Shown in pieces: positions 11,143 through 21,311 of a stretch of 64,000 nt of DNA. The notes under the pieces are model-generated. The model was given only the letters and a program-made list of their open reading frames with translations. It was not told the DNA's origin and searched no databases. The position numbers and the translations under genes are program-made. The stretch comes from Dehalococcoidia bacterium (GTDB lineage: Bacteria > Chloroflexota > Dehalococcoidia > UBA2979), in contig JAWLHV010000004.1 of assembly GCA_041690175.1 (NCBI GenBank), forward strand, positions 130,528-194,527, written 5' to 3'. Within the stretch, counting starts at the first letter, position 1; the number at the start of each line of letters is the position of its first letter.

Positions 11143-11865
11143 ATGGAACGCACGCGAGACGAGGTCCTGCGCCTGCTCTTTGAGCGTGGCGCCTGCACCG
11201 TGGCCGAACTGGCCGAGGTGGTCGGCGTCTCGGACGGCTCCGTCCGGCGTCACCTGGACCTCATGGTCGCAGACGGACTGGTGGAGGCGCACTTGGAGCG
11301 TATCCCGCGCGGTCGCCCCGTCACCCGCTACGCGCTGAGCGCCGCGGGGGAGGAGGCCCGGGCGTCAGACCACTACCAGCGGCTCCTGGGGCGCCTGTCG
11401 CCGGCGCTGGCCAGCCTTACCGCGGACGAGGTGGACCAGGGCGGTCCGGCCATCCTGGACCGCGTGTTCGACCACGTGGCGGAGTCCGTGGCGGACGAGT
11501 ACCGCTCCCGCGTAACCGCGGATCGCCTGGACGAGCGCGTGCAGCAGGTGCTGCTGGCGCTGACTGAGGAGGGCATCCTCCAGGAGGTCGAAGAGGACGG
11601 GGCGTTCTTCAAGTTGAAGAACGCGGGCTGTCCATACCGGTCCACGGCCATGGAGACGCACGCGTGCTGCGCGGCGGACCGCCGGACCATCGAACTCCTG
11701 CTGGGCACGCCCGTCGAACAGGTCATGACGGTCGCCGAGGGCGGCCACCAATGTGAATACCTCGTGCCGAAGGGGGACACGCCCCCACACGAGTCTGTGG
11801 AGGCCGGACAGGCAGGTGGCCTGCTGCCGGTACTCACCCAGAAAGGGACAGCGAGCCAGCGATGA
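11143..11865 (+). CDS. sufR: SufR-type transcriptional regulator of Fe-S cluster assembly
   Basis: 240 aa. N-terminal winged-helix domain (LFERGACTVAELAEVVGVSDGSVRRHLDLM). C-terminal Cys cluster (CPYRS...ETHACCAAD...HQCEY) typical of the Fe-S sensing domain. First gene of the suf operon. Confidence 0.8.
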   Translation: MERTRDEVLRLLFERGACTVAELAEVVGVSDGSVRRHLDLMVADGLVEAHLERIPRGRPVTRYALSAAGEEARASDHYQRLLGRLSPALASLTADEVDQGGPAILDRVFDHVAESVADEYRSRVTADRLDERVQQVLLALTEEGILQEVEEDGAFFKLKNAGCPYRSTAMETHACCAADRRTIELLLGTPVEQVMTVAEGGHQCEYLVPKGDTPPHESVEAGQAGGLLPVLTQKGTASQR

Positions 11866-12641
11866 GTGAACCGATTCTCGAACTGCGCGGGCTGAAGGCC
11901 AGCATCACGGAGCAGCCGGACGTCCAGCTCTTGAAGGGCCTGGATCTGACGATCCAGCCCGGCGAGATCCACGCGCTCATGGGGCCCAACGGCTCCGGCA
12001 AGAGCACGCTGGCCAACACCATTGCCGGCAGCCCCGCCTACACCGTGGACGAAGGCCAGATCATCCTCAAGGGCGAGGACATCACCACCGCGGCCGCGGA
12101 CGAGCGGGCGCGCAAGGGTGTGTTCCTGTCCTTCCAGTACCCCACGCCCATCCCGGGCGTGACCATGGTGAACCTCATGCGGGAAGCGCTGAAGGCGCGC
12201 CGCGGCCAGGAGGTCCCCGCCCGTGAGTTCCTGCAGGAACTGCGGGAGACGCTGGCCAGCCTGAAGATGAGCGAGGACATGGCCCGTCGTTACGTGAACG
12301 AGGGCTTCTCCGGCGGCGAGAAGAAGCGCGCCGAGATCCTGCAGATGGGCCTGCTGAAGCCGGACCTGGCCATCCTGGATGAGACGGACTCCGGCCTGGA
12401 CGTGGACGCGCTCCGCACCGTGGCGGAGGGCGTGCAGGCGCTGCGCCGCCCGGACATGGGCGTCCTGATCATCACGCACTACGAACGCATCCTGAACTAC
12501 ATCCGACCGGACCGGGTCCACATCCTGGTCAAGGGTCAGATCGTGAAGTCCGGTGACGCCTCGCTCTCCAAGGAGATCGAGGCCGGGGGCTACGACCCGA
12601 TCCTGAAGGAGCTGGGACTCCTGGAAGGGGCGACCGCCTGA
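11862..12641 (+). CDS. sufC: Fe-S cluster assembly ATPase SufC
   Basis: 259 aa. Walker [13 protein letters not shown] signature FSGGEKKR and Walker [13 protein letters not shown]. Start overlaps the sufR stop (ATGA). Confidence 0.95.
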   Translation: MSEPILELRGLKASITEQPDVQLLKGLDLTIQPGEIHALMGPNGSGKSTLANTIAGSPAYTVDEGQIILKGEDITTAAADERARKGVFLSFQYPTPIPGVTMVNLMREALKARRGQEVPAREFLQELRETLASLKMSEDMARRYVNEGFSGGEKKRAEILQMGLLKPDLAILDETDSGLDVDALRTVAEGVQALRRPDMGVLIITHYERILNYIRPDRVHILVKGQIVKSGDASLSKEIEAGGYDPILKELGLLEGATA

Positions 12642-14053
12642 TGACTACTACCAAGCCAGAGAGCCTGGTTGGCGAATACCAGTGGGGCTTCCACGATGAC
12701 GAGAAGCCGTTGTTCATGGCGGAGAAGGGCCTCAGCGAAGAGCTCATCCGCCAGATGTCCGCGATGAAGGAAGAGCCGGAGTGGATGCTCGAGCAGCGGC
12801 TCGACGCCTACCGCCTGTTCCAGGCGCAGGACGACCCGCAGTGGGCCGGCTCGCCGGAACTGCTGAAGGCCATCGACTTCGACAACATCCACTACTACGT
12901 GCGCGCCTCCGACAAGGACTCCACGTCCTGGGAAGACGTGCCGGAGTACATCAAGGACACCTTCGACAAACTGGGCATCCCGGAGGCTGAGAAGCAGTTC
13001 CTGGCCGGCGCCGGCGCCCAGTACGACTCCGAGGTGGTCTACCACAACATCCGGGAGGACCTGGCCAAGCAGGGCGTGGTCTTCCTGGGCATGGACCAGG
13101 GCCTGCGGGAGTACCCGGAACTCGTCAAGGAGTACTTCGGCACCATCGTGCCGTCCGGCGACAACCGCTACGCCGCGCTGAACTCCGCCGTGTGGTCCGG
13201 TGGCTCGTTCATCTACGTGCCCCCGGGCGTGAAGGTGGACATCCCGCTGCAGGCCTACTTCCGCATCAACACGGAGAACATGGGCCAGTTCGAGCGGACG
13301 CTGATCATCGCGGACGAGGGCTCCTACGTTCACTACGTGGAGGGCTGCACGGCCCCCATCTACTCCAGCGCCTCGCTGCACTCGGCGGTGGTGGAGATCG
13401 TGGTGAAGAAGGGCGCGCGCGTCCGCTACACGACGATCCAGAACTGGTCCAATAACGTCTACAACCTGGTGACCAAGCGCGCCTACGCCTACGAGGACGC
13501 GGTCATGGAGTGGGTGGACGGCAACCTGGGCTCCATGCTGACCATGAAGTACCCGTCCGTGTACCTGATGGGCGAACGCGCCCACGGCGAGATCCTGTCG
13601 CTGGCGTTCGCCGGCGAGGGCCAGCACCAGGACGCGGGCGGCAAGATCATCCACGTGGCGCCCAACACCACCAGCGCCATCGTCTCCAAGTCCGTCTCCC
13701 GCGGGAACGGTCGTACGTCCTACCGCGGCCTGCTCAAGGTGTACGAGGGCGCGGAGAACTCCTCTTCCACGGTGCGCTGTGACGCGCTCCTCCTGGACGA
13801 GAAGTCCCGGTCCGACACCTACCCGACGATGGAGATCGACGAGGAGCGGGTGAAGATCGGGCACGAGGCCTCGGTCTCCAAGTTGGGCGAGGACCAGTTG
13901 TTCTACCTGATGTCGCGCGGCATCGACGAGGAGTCCGCCGCCAAGATGGTGGTCAACGGCTTCGTGGAGCCGATCGTGAAGGAACTCCCCATGGAGTACG
14001 CGATCGAACTCAACCGCCTGATCGAACTGCAGATGGAAGGCTCGGTGGGCTAA
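12641..14053 (+). CDS. sufB: Fe-S cluster assembly scaffold SufB
   Basis: 470 aa, full-length SufB homology. Start overlaps the sufC stop (TGATG). Confidence 0.95.
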   Translation: MTTTKPESLVGEYQWGFHDDEKPLFMAEKGLSEELIRQMSAMKEEPEWMLEQRLDAYRLFQAQDDPQWAGSPELLKAIDFDNIHYYVRASDKDSTSWEDVPEYIKDTFDKLGIPEAEKQFLAGAGAQYDSEVVYHNIREDLAKQGVVFLGMDQGLREYPELVKEYFGTIVPSGDNRYAALNSAVWSGGSFIYVPPGVKVDIPLQAYFRINTENMGQFERTLIIADEGSYVHYVEGCTAPIYSSASLHSAVVEIVVKKGARVRYTTIQNWSNNVYNLVTKRAYAYEDAVMEWVDGNLGSMLTMKYPSVYLMGERAHGEILSLAFAGEGQHQDAGGKIIHVAPNTTSAIVSKSVSRGNGRTSYRGLLKVYEGAENSSSTVRCDALLLDEKSRSDTYPTMEIDEERVKIGHEASVSKLGEDQLFYLMSRGIDEESAAKMVVNGFVEPIVKELPMEYAIELNRLIELQMEGSVG

Positions 14054-15309
14054 TGGCCGAGAGCCAGCAGCAGACCCTTTCCCAGCCCCCCAGCGGGGCG
14101 TACCTCGCGGACGCCGTGCGCGCGGCCTCCGAGGCGCGTGGCGAGCCGGCCTGGCTCGTCGAGAAGCGCCAGGACGCGGCCCGCGCCTTCGAGGCGCTGC
14201 CGATGCCGACCACCCGTCTGCGTCCGTGGAAGTACACGGACGTGAGCGGACTGGCCATCGACGCCTACCCGCCGGAGGCCTCGTTCCTCCCGGTGGTGCA
14301 GGTGGCCGGCGGCGCGACCGCCCCGGAGGGCGGCTACGCCGGCACGCTGGCGGCGGCCGTCACGGACGCCCGTCTCGCCGAGGTCGTGGAGCAGCACCTG
14401 GGCACCCTGGTGCCGCCCACGGAGGGCAAGTTCATTGCCGCCAACGCGGCGCAGTGGACCGGCGGCGTGCTGGTCTACGCCCCCCGCGGCAAGGCCTTCG
14501 AGGCCCCCGTCACCGTGGGCATCACCGGCGAGGGCGGCGCGATCTTCCCGCGCCTGCTCGTGGTCGCCGAGCCCGCGAGCGAGGTGACCATCCTGGTCCG
14601 CTCCGTCTCCGGCGACGCGGACCTCCTCGCCTCCGGCGTGCTGGAGATCGTGGCCGGCGCGGACTCCAACGTGCGCGTGGTGTTCGACGTGCAGTGGGGC
14701 GCAGCGACGCGAGAGTTCACGACCGTGCGGGCCCGGACGGACCGCGGCGCCACGGTGCGCGTGGCCACGCTGGCCATTGGCGGTGCGCTCGTGAAGCAGA
14801 CGCTGGAGGGCATCCTGGTGGGCGAGGGCTCCTCCGCGCGGTTCCGGGGCGTGGCCCTGGGCGACGCGGACCAGCACTTCGACTTCGTGACCCTGCAGGA
14901 CCACGTGGGCCCCAAGACGCTCTCGGACGTGCAGATCAAGACCGCGCTGGCCGGCGCCTCGCGCGCCATCTACTACGGCGTGACGCGCGTGGAAGAGACC
15001 GCCTCGGGCGCGGCCGCGGAGCAGGTGAACCGCAACCTGTTGCTCTCCCGACACTCCAAGGCGGACTCCGACCCCGTACTGGAGATCCTCACCAACGAGG
15101 TCATCCGCTGTGGCCACGCCGCCACGGTGGGCCCCGTTGACGAGGAAGCGCTGTTCTACCTCCAGAGCCGCGGCCTGGACCGGCGGCAGGCGCTCAAGTT
15201 GCTGGTGGCGGGCTTCTTCCAGTCCGTCCTGGACGACGTGGGCGACGAGACGCTGGTGGAGGAAGTGGCGGCCCAGGTGGAGCAGAAGTTGGCCGTCGCC
15301 CGCCTCTAG
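14053..15309 (+). CDS. sufD: Fe-S cluster assembly protein SufD
   Basis: 418 aa, SufB/SufD-family C-terminal beta-helix region. Start overlaps the sufB stop (TAATG). Confidence 0.9.
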   Translation: MAESQQQTLSQPPSGAYLADAVRAASEARGEPAWLVEKRQDAARAFEALPMPTTRLRPWKYTDVSGLAIDAYPPEASFLPVVQVAGGATAPEGGYAGTLAAAVTDARLAEVVEQHLGTLVPPTEGKFIAANAAQWTGGVLVYAPRGKAFEAPVTVGITGEGGAIFPRLLVVAEPASEVTILVRSVSGDADLLASGVLEIVAGADSNVRVVFDVQWGAATREFTTVRARTDRGATVRVATLAIGGALVKQTLEGILVGEGSSARFRGVALGDADQHFDFVTLQDHVGPKTLSDVQIKTALAGASRAIYYGVTRVEETASGAAAEQVNRNLLLSRHSKADSDPVLEILTNEVIRCGHAATVGPVDEEALFYLQSRGLDRRQALKLLVAGFFQSVLDDVGDETLVEEVAAQVEQKLAVARL

Positions 15310-15316
15310 GCCCCCG

Positions 15317-15682
15317 ATGGGCCCACTGATAGGCGAGGCCTGGAATGGACTCAGCGTGAGCCAGGAACGTGTCGCCGCCGCCTCGGACGTGCCGGAGGGC
15401 GAGGTCCGCGTGGTGGAGTGCGACGGGAAGTCGCTCGCGCTGAGCCGGGTGGACGGCGAGTACTACGCGATCGACAACCTCTGCACCCATGACAACGGCC
15501 CGCTGGGCGAGGGCACGGTCAAGAACGGCCGCATCATCTGCCCTCGCCACGGCGCCGCCTTCGACGCGAAGACCGGGCGGGTGCTGACCCTGCCCGCCGT
15601 CCGTAGCGTGGCGGCGTACCGCGTGGTGGTGGACGGCGAGGACGTGCTGGTGGAGTGCGACCCCGGGGAGGTGCAGCGATGA
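15317..15682 (+). CDS. Rieske [2Fe-2S] ferredoxin-like protein embedded in the suf operon
   Basis: ATG at 15317, 121 aa. Rieske boxes CTHDNGPL and CPRHGAAF. The track ORF 15110..15682 is over-extended. Confidence 0.85.
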   Translation: MGPLIGEAWNGLSVSQERVAAASDVPEGEVRVVECDGKSLALSRVDGEYYAIDNLCTHDNGPLGEGTVKNGRIICPRHGAAFDAKTGRVLTLPAVRSVAAYRVVVDGEDVLVECDPGEVQR

Positions 15683-16950
15683 CCCTGCCCGACCTGGACG
15701 TCCAGCAGCGGCTGCCCTGGGACACCGACCGCATCCGCCGGGACTTCCCGATCCTGAAACGGGAGATTCACCCCGGCAGGACGCTAGTCTACCTGGACAA
15801 TGCCGCCACCAGTCAGCGGCCCGTACAGATGCTGGCGGAGATGACGCGGTTCTACCGCGACCACAACGCCAACATCCACCGCGGGGTGCACACCCTCTCC
15901 ATCGAGGCGACCGACCTGTACGAGCAGGCGCGCGCCAAGGTGGCCCGCTTCATCAACGCCCCGCGCACCGAGGAAGTGATCTTCACCCGCAACACCACGG
16001 AGGGCATCAACCTTGTGGCCCACGGCTGGGGACGCAAGTTCCTGCGCGAGGGCGACGAGGTGGTGATCACGGAGGTGGAGCACCACTCGAACATCGTCCC
16101 CTGGCAGATGCTGCGGGACGAGCGGGGAATCACGCTGCGCTACATCCCCATGCTGCCGGACGGCACGCTGGACCTGGACTACGCCCGCCAGGTGATCGGC
16201 CCGAAGACGAAGTTGCTGGCGGTGACCGCCGTCTCCAACGCCCTGGGCACCATCACCCGCCTGGACGAACTGATCCCCATGGCGAAGGCGCAGGGCGCCC
16301 TGGTGCTGGTGGACGGCGCGCAGAGCGTGCCGCACATGCCCGTGGACGTGCAGGCGCTGGGCTGCGACTTCATGGCCTTCACGGCCCACAAGATGCTGGG
16401 GCCCACGGGCATGGGCGCCCTCTGGGCGCGCATGGAACTGCTGGACGCCATGGACCCCTTCATGGGCGGCGGGGACATGATCCTCACCGTCAGCATGGAG
16501 AAGTCCACCTGGGCGGACGTGCCCGCGAAGTTCGAGGCGGGGACGCCCAACGTGGGCGGCGCGGTGGCCTTCGGCGCGGCGGTGGACTACCTGAGTGCGC
16601 TGGGCATGGAGGCCGTGCGTGCGCACGAACTGGAACTGACGGACTACGCGCTGCGCCGCCTGGGCGACGTGCCGGGCGTCTCCATCTTCGGCCCGCCGGA
16701 GGCGAAGGAGCGCGGGGGCGTGGTTTCCTTTGAACTGGAGGGCGTGCACCCGCATGACGTGGGGCAGGTGCTGGACACGCATGGCGTGGCCATCCGCACC
16801 GGGCACCACTGCGCGCAGCCGGTGATGGCCGCGCTCTCCGTGCCCGCCACCGCCCGCGCCTCCTTCTACATCTACAACACCACCGAGGAAGTGGACCGCC
16901 TGGCGGTCGCCCTCGAGGAGGTCTCGAAGTTCTTTGGGATAGGCCGATGA
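15679..16950 (+). CDS. sufS: cysteine desulfurase SufS
   Basis: ATG at 15679 overlapping the Rieske stop (ATGA). PLP-lysine region TAHKMLGPTG. Active-site Cys region GHHCAQP. Confidence 0.95.
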   Translation: MTLPDLDVQQRLPWDTDRIRRDFPILKREIHPGRTLVYLDNAATSQRPVQMLAEMTRFYRDHNANIHRGVHTLSIEATDLYEQARAKVARFINAPRTEEVIFTRNTTEGINLVAHGWGRKFLREGDEVVITEVEHHSNIVPWQMLRDERGITLRYIPMLPDGTLDLDYARQVIGPKTKLLAVTAVSNALGTITRLDELIPMAKAQGALVLVDGAQSVPHMPVDVQALGCDFMAFTAHKMLGPTGMGALWARMELLDAMDPFMGGGDMILTVSMEKSTWADVPAKFEAGTPNVGGAVAFGAAVDYLSALGMEAVRAHELELTDYALRRLGDVPGVSIFGPPEAKERGGVVSFELEGVHPHDVGQVLDTHGVAIRTGHHCAQPVMAALSVPATARASFYIYNTTEEVDRLAVALEEVSKFFGIGR

Positions 16951-17426
16951 CGAGCGACCCGGGCCTGCTGGACGACCTGTACCGGGAGATCATCCTGGAC
17001 CACTACCGGCGGCCCCGGAACCACGTGGCGCTGGACGCCCCCACCTGCTCCGCGGAGGGCTCCAACCCGCTCTGCGGCGACACCATCACGGTGGCGCTGG
17101 TGCTGGACGGAGACACCGTGCAGGACATCGCCTTCGGCGGCGCGGGCTGCTCTATCTCGCAGGCGTCAGCCAGCATGATGACGGAGTACGTGAAGGGTCG
17201 CAGCGTGCAGGAGGCGCGCCAGGGCGCGGAGGCGTTCCAGCGCATGATGACCACGGGCGAGTCCCAGGACCTGCCCGGTTTCGATGACATTGACGCCCTG
17301 GTGGGCGTGGCAAAGTTCCCCGCACGGGTGAAGTGCGCCTCCCTGGGGTGGAAGACCCTGGAGCAGGCGCTACAGGCCGGAGGCGGCACCGTGACGACGG
17401 ACGAGAGGAGCGAGTCCCATGACTGA
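16947..17426 (+). CDS. sufU: SufU sulfur-transfer / scaffold-like protein
   Basis: 159 aa. Conserved Cys (NPLCGD, GAGCSIS, KCASL) in a NifU/IscU-like fold. ATGA overlap with sufS. Confidence 0.9.
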   Translation: MTSDPGLLDDLYREIILDHYRRPRNHVALDAPTCSAEGSNPLCGDTITVALVLDGDTVQDIAFGGAGCSISQASASMMTEYVKGRSVQEARQGAEAFQRMMTTGESQDLPGFDDIDALVGVAKFPARVKCASLGWKTLEQALQAGGGTVTTDERSESHD

Positions 17427-17802
17427 GACCGAGGCGACTGGTCCTGAGGCGACTGGCGAGGCGGTCGGGTCCCCGGCTGGTACGGAGACGGGCGCCCGGC
17501 CCACTCCGGACGAACTCCGCGACGTGCTGCGCGGCGTGGAGGACCCGGAACTCCACATGAGCATCGTGGAACTGGGCCTGGTCTATGGCGTGGACATTGA
17601 CGAGGACGGCCAGGTGAGCGTGGACATGACCCTCACATCGCCGGCGTGTCCCATCGGCCCCATGATCCAGGGAATGATCTTCCACAAGTTGACGCAGATG
17701 GACGGCGTGGAGGACGTGGAGGTCAACCTGGTGTGGAACCCGCCCTGGGACCCCCGCACCATGGCTTCCGAGGAAGTGAAGATGGCGCTCGGCATCTGGT
17801 AG
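17419..17802 (+). CDS. sufT: SufT / DUF59 (MIP18-family) Fe-S assembly protein
   Basis: 127 aa. DUF59 motif DPELHMSIVELGLVYGVDI and conserved TSPACP. Confidence 0.85.
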   Translation: MTETEATGPEATGEAVGSPAGTETGARPTPDELRDVLRGVEDPELHMSIVELGLVYGVDIDEDGQVSVDMTLTSPACPIGPMIQGMIFHKLTQMDGVEDVEVNLVWNPPWDPRTMASEEVKMALGIW

Positions 17803-17831
17803 CGAGCCTCGTCCCGAGACCGTGACAAGCG

Positions 17832-17857
17832 GCAGCCCCCTCGCAAGAGGGGGCTGC
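17832..17857. terminator. bidirectional intrinsic terminator-like hairpin between convergent sufT and a minus-strand gene
   Basis: Perfect 11-bp stem gcagccccctc / gagggggctgc with loop gcaa. Followed by TCGGTTGTCGG on the plus strand. Confidence 0.5.
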
Positions 17858-17870
17858 TCGGTTGTCGGAC

Positions 17871-18551
17871 TTACTCGCGCCCGAAGGCGTCCGGCAGCGT
17901 CCCGGAGGGCGTGTCGCGTACCTGGGGATCGTCCTCCGGCGAACAGGCGTCCCGGTTGTCCCCGCGACACTCCCCGAGCGTCAGGCGCTCGAAACTAACG
18001 ACATAACTGTTTGCCTCGCGTCGCACGCCGAACTCGTGCAGGTCGGCCCCGGCGTCCTGGTGCAGGGCGCTGCCGTTGCGCAGGTAGCGCCCGTCCGAGC
18101 AGGGGTCCACGAAGAGCCCCACCCCGCCCTGGTAGCGCGCGCCGGCGTCCCAGCGGAGGTTGCAGCCCGTCTCCGGGGAGCGGGAGAAGAACGCGGATGA
18201 GTTGGACAGGGCGGCGTCCGCGACCACCAGGTAGGCGCCGTAGGTACGCCCATCCGGGTCCGCGCCAAAGGTGGGGATCGCCAGGAACTTCGGCAGCCCC
18301 GGCTCGTACTCGGTGTCCCGCACGCGCATCTCCCGGTCGGGGGGCGAGGCGAAGGAGGCGACGCACAGCCCGGCGAGGGCCACCACGCCGATCACGCCCA
18401 GCGCGAAGGCCACCAGCCGCGGCCAGGGGTTCTGGGGGCGCGTGCTGTCCGCCGGGCCCGCCAGCACGTCTCCGTCGCGCCGAGGGCGGTCACCCCGGGC
18501 GCCTCCTCGGGAGCGGCGGGGCTGGGGGAAGTCGGGCGGTTCCTGGGCCAT
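17871..18551 (-). CDS. hypothetical membrane-anchored protein with degenerate Rieske-like C-terminal region
   Basis: ATG at 18551 (MAQEPP...), 227 aa. One TM (LVAFALGVIGVVALAGLCVASFA). C-terminal CNLRW...DPCSDGRY resembles Rieske boxes but lacks both His ligands. Confidence 0.5.
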   Translation of the reverse strand: MAQEPPDFPQPRRSRGGARGDRPRRDGDVLAGPADSTRPQNPWPRLVAFALGVIGVVALAGLCVASFASPPDREMRVRDTEYEPGLPKFLAIPTFGADPDGRTYGAYLVVADAALSNSSAFFSRSPETGCNLRWDAGARYQGGVGLFVDPCSDGRYLRNGSALHQDAGADLHEFGVRREANSYVVSFERLTLGECRGDNRDACSPEDDPQVRDTPSGTLPDAFGRE

Positions 18552-18829
18552 GGAGGGATCGTAGCGCCAGGGCACCGCGAGGGCTCCATGGGCTGGGCGC
18601 GTCAGGAGGGGATGCGTGCGTTGCCTCACCTCATGCCGCCTGACTACGATGCGCACGGCCGTGGCGGGCGCCCAGCGACACGCCCATCAGTACCGCCGGC
18701 CAGGCTGCGGGTTCCACCACTGGGAGAGAGCATGCACGGCGCGGACATCGCCGGCCGCAGGGCCATGGCGCGCATGGCCCTCGCCCGCGCAGCCGCCCGT
18801 GCGCGCCCCGTCCCCGGGACACCACCCGC

Positions 18830-20482
18830 ATGAGGGCGCGCTACACGCGCCGGCGCTTCCTGGCCCGCACGGGGATGCTGGGCGCCGGACTCGCAGCCGC
18901 TGCACTCGTCGGCTGCAGCGGCGACGAGTCGGACCCCAACATCACGCCAGAGGCCGTCCCGGGCAGCCGCATCCGCGTCCGCTCGGTGGTGCCGCGCACG
19001 GAGCGCCCGGCCTCTGCATCCGTCCTGCGCCTGGGCGCGCTGGCGTCAGAGGTGGGCGCGGGCGGCCTGGACCGGCTCACCAGCCTGCTCACATACTCGC
19101 GGCTCGTGGGCGTGGACCCGCGCAACGCGGCGGTCTACGGGGACCTGGCGCGCGAGGTGGAGATGCCGGATCCGCTGCAGGTGCGCCTGGGCCTTCGCCC
19201 CGGGGCCTTCTTCCATCCGGACGGCTCCGGCCGCGCCCAGCCACTGACTGCGGAGGCGTTCCTCCGGGAGGCGGACCTCCGCCGCGCGGAGGGCGTCTTC
19301 CTCTTCGACCAGGTGATCGAGTCCGTGGAGGCGCCGTCCGAGACGGAAGTCCTGCTCCACCTGCGCGCGCCCTTCAGCCTCCTGTTCGAGTTCCTGGCCC
19401 GGGAGGACGCCTCCGTGCGCGACCAGGGCTCGTACGGGCTGGTGGAGAGCCCTCGGGGCAGCGGGCCGTTCATGCCGTCTCGCTACGAGGAGGACACGCT
19501 CGTCCTGCGCCCCAACCCCCTGTTGCAGACGGAGGAGCGCCCGCGGCTGAGCCACCTCACCGTGCGCTACGGTGCGAGCCACGCGGACCTGGATGCCCTC
19601 CTGGCACAGGGCATGCTGGACGTACGCGTCCATCCGGACGAGGCGAGCCGCCGCGCAGCGGAAGCGCTCCCGGGGCGCGTGGAACTGCACCGCGTCCGCC
19701 AGCGGATGCGCGGGCTCGCCGTCTCCCTGCTGCCACCTCGTGACCCCGCTTCGGAGCCCACGGTGGAGGCGTTCCGGGATGCGCGCGTGCGCCGGGCCCT
19801 GTCGCTGGGGCTGGACCGCGAGGCGCTGGCGGCCATGGATGGCTCCACGGTGTGCGGGCCCGTGGGCCCCTCCTTCGGCGGGGACGCGCTGCCCGTGGTG
19901 GAGTTGCAGTCCCACCCCCTCTACCAGCACAACGCCTCCGGAGCCCGGGCCCTGCTGGCCGCCGCCGGATACGAAGGGCTGGTGATCCGCATCGCACATG
20001 CGGACACGCCGGCACTGTTGTTGCAGGCCCAGACCGTGGTGGAGCAACTGCGCGCCGCCGGCTTCGACCCGCGCCTGGTCACGCGTCACCAGCCTGACTT
20101 CCAGATGGCCTTCCTGGGCGGAGACTTCGAGGCGGCGTTCTTCGAACTGGACCGGCTGACCACACCAGACATCGGCCTCCGCCTGCACATGAGCGGCGGG
20201 CTGGACGGCAGGGGGTCGCCGTGGGGCTACTCCAACCCGATCTACGACGCCGCGGTGCGCGAGGCTCTGTCCCAGGTGGACCCGGTGCTCCGCACGCGCC
20301 TCTCCCGCGAGGCGCAACGTCTGCTGCTGGAGGACGTGCCGGCCATGCTGCCGCTGACTGCGCCGCCCGAGTACGCCTCCGTGGCGGAGGGCGTCAGCGG
20401 CTTCGAGTTCGACGCATTCGACTTCAACCCCGCCGTGCTCGCGCCCCACTGGGAGGGCCCGGCGGGAGCCGCCACCGGCTGA
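18830..20482 (+). CDS. ABC-transporter family-5 (peptide/nickel-type) solute-binding lipoprotein, TAT-secreted, orphan
   Basis: 550 aa. Twin-arginine motif RRRFLAR followed by lipobox LVGC. SBP_bac_5-like core. No permease or ATPase genes adjacent. Confidence 0.65.
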   Translation: MRARYTRRRFLARTGMLGAGLAAAALVGCSGDESDPNITPEAVPGSRIRVRSVVPRTERPASASVLRLGALASEVGAGGLDRLTSLLTYSRLVGVDPRNAAVYGDLAREVEMPDPLQVRLGLRPGAFFHPDGSGRAQPLTAEAFLREADLRRAEGVFLFDQVIESVEAPSETEVLLHLRAPFSLLFEFLAREDASVRDQGSYGLVESPRGSGPFMPSRYEEDTLVLRPNPLLQTEERPRLSHLTVRYGASHADLDALLAQGMLDVRVHPDEASRRAAEALPGRVELHRVRQRMRGLAVSLLPPRDPASEPTVEAFRDARVRRALSLGLDREALAAMDGSTVCGPVGPSFGGDALPVVELQSHPLYQHNASGARALLAAAGYEGLVIRIAHADTPALLLQAQTVVEQLRAAGFDPRLVTRHQPDFQMAFLGGDFEAAFFELDRLTTPDIGLRLHMSGGLDGRGSPWGYSNPIYDAAVREALSQVDPVLRTRLSREAQRLLLEDVPAMLPLTAPPEYASVAEGVSGFEFDAFDFNPAVLAPHWEGPAGAATG

Positions 20483-20533
20483 CTGCTCGTGCGGCCGTCG
20501 GGCGCCGACGCGGGGAGAGGCTAGGATGCCCTG

Positions 20534-21277
20534 GTGAGGTACGAGCCCACGGACGAGCGCATCGCGCGCCTGCTGGCGGTGGGGCCGGAGGCCACGCCCC
20601 TGGTGGACCTGCCCGGCGGCGAGTTCCTGATGGGCTCAGACCAGCGCAAGGACGAGTTGCCCGTGCGCCGCGTCCGCGTCGGCCCGTTCTCCGCTGCGCT
20701 GGCGCCCGTCACCAACCTCGAGTTTGCGCGCTTCCTGGAGGCGACGGGCCACGTGCCCCCGCCGTTCTGGGGCGACGAGCGATTTATGGCGCCCGAGTGC
20801 CCCGTGGTGGGCGTCTCCTGGCACGCGGCCGTCGCATACTGCGACTGGCTGAGCGAGGTGCTGGGCCGCCGCTGCCGCCTCCCCACCGAGGCCGAGCGCG
20901 AGTACGCCGCGCGCGGCGGCGTCCCTGACGTGCTGTACCCCTGGGGCGACGAGCCCTGGAGCGAGGGCGTCCATGCCCACGGCTCGAAGGGCGGAGACCG
21001 CCCCCATCCCGTCGGTTCGTCGCCGCCCAACGGGTTCGGGCTGTACCACATGGCGGACAACGTCCATGAGTGGTGCAGCGACTGGTACGCCCCCTACGAG
21101 CCGGCCGACGGCGTGGTGGTGGACCCTCGCGGTCCGGAGGATGGCGTCCGGCGCGCCTCCCGAGGAGGTTCGTGGCGGCACGGCGTGAAGGTGTCCCGCA
21201 TCGCCGCGCGGTCGTCCCTCGGCCCGGACCGCGAGTACAACGACTACGGGATGCGGGTCTACGCGGACATGGCGTAG
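20534..21277 (+). CDS. formylglycine-generating-enzyme (FGE/SUMF1) domain protein
   Basis: GTG start. FGE-sulfatase fold blocks VVGVSWHAAVAYCDWL, RLPTEAEREYAARGG, GNVHEWCSDWY and RGGSW. Confidence 0.8.
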   Translation: MRYEPTDERIARLLAVGPEATPLVDLPGGEFLMGSDQRKDELPVRRVRVGPFSAALAPVTNLEFARFLEATGHVPPPFWGDERFMAPECPVVGVSWHAAVAYCDWLSEVLGRRCRLPTEAEREYAARGGVPDVLYPWGDEPWSEGVHAHGSKGGDRPHPVGSSPPNGFGLYHMADNVHEWCSDWYAPYEPADGVVVDPRGPEDGVRRASRGGSWRHGVKVSRIAARSSLGPDREYNDYGMRVYADMA

Positions 21278-21311
21278 CAGCGGGCCGCGAGGCCAGAGCG
21301 GGAGCGCCAGG

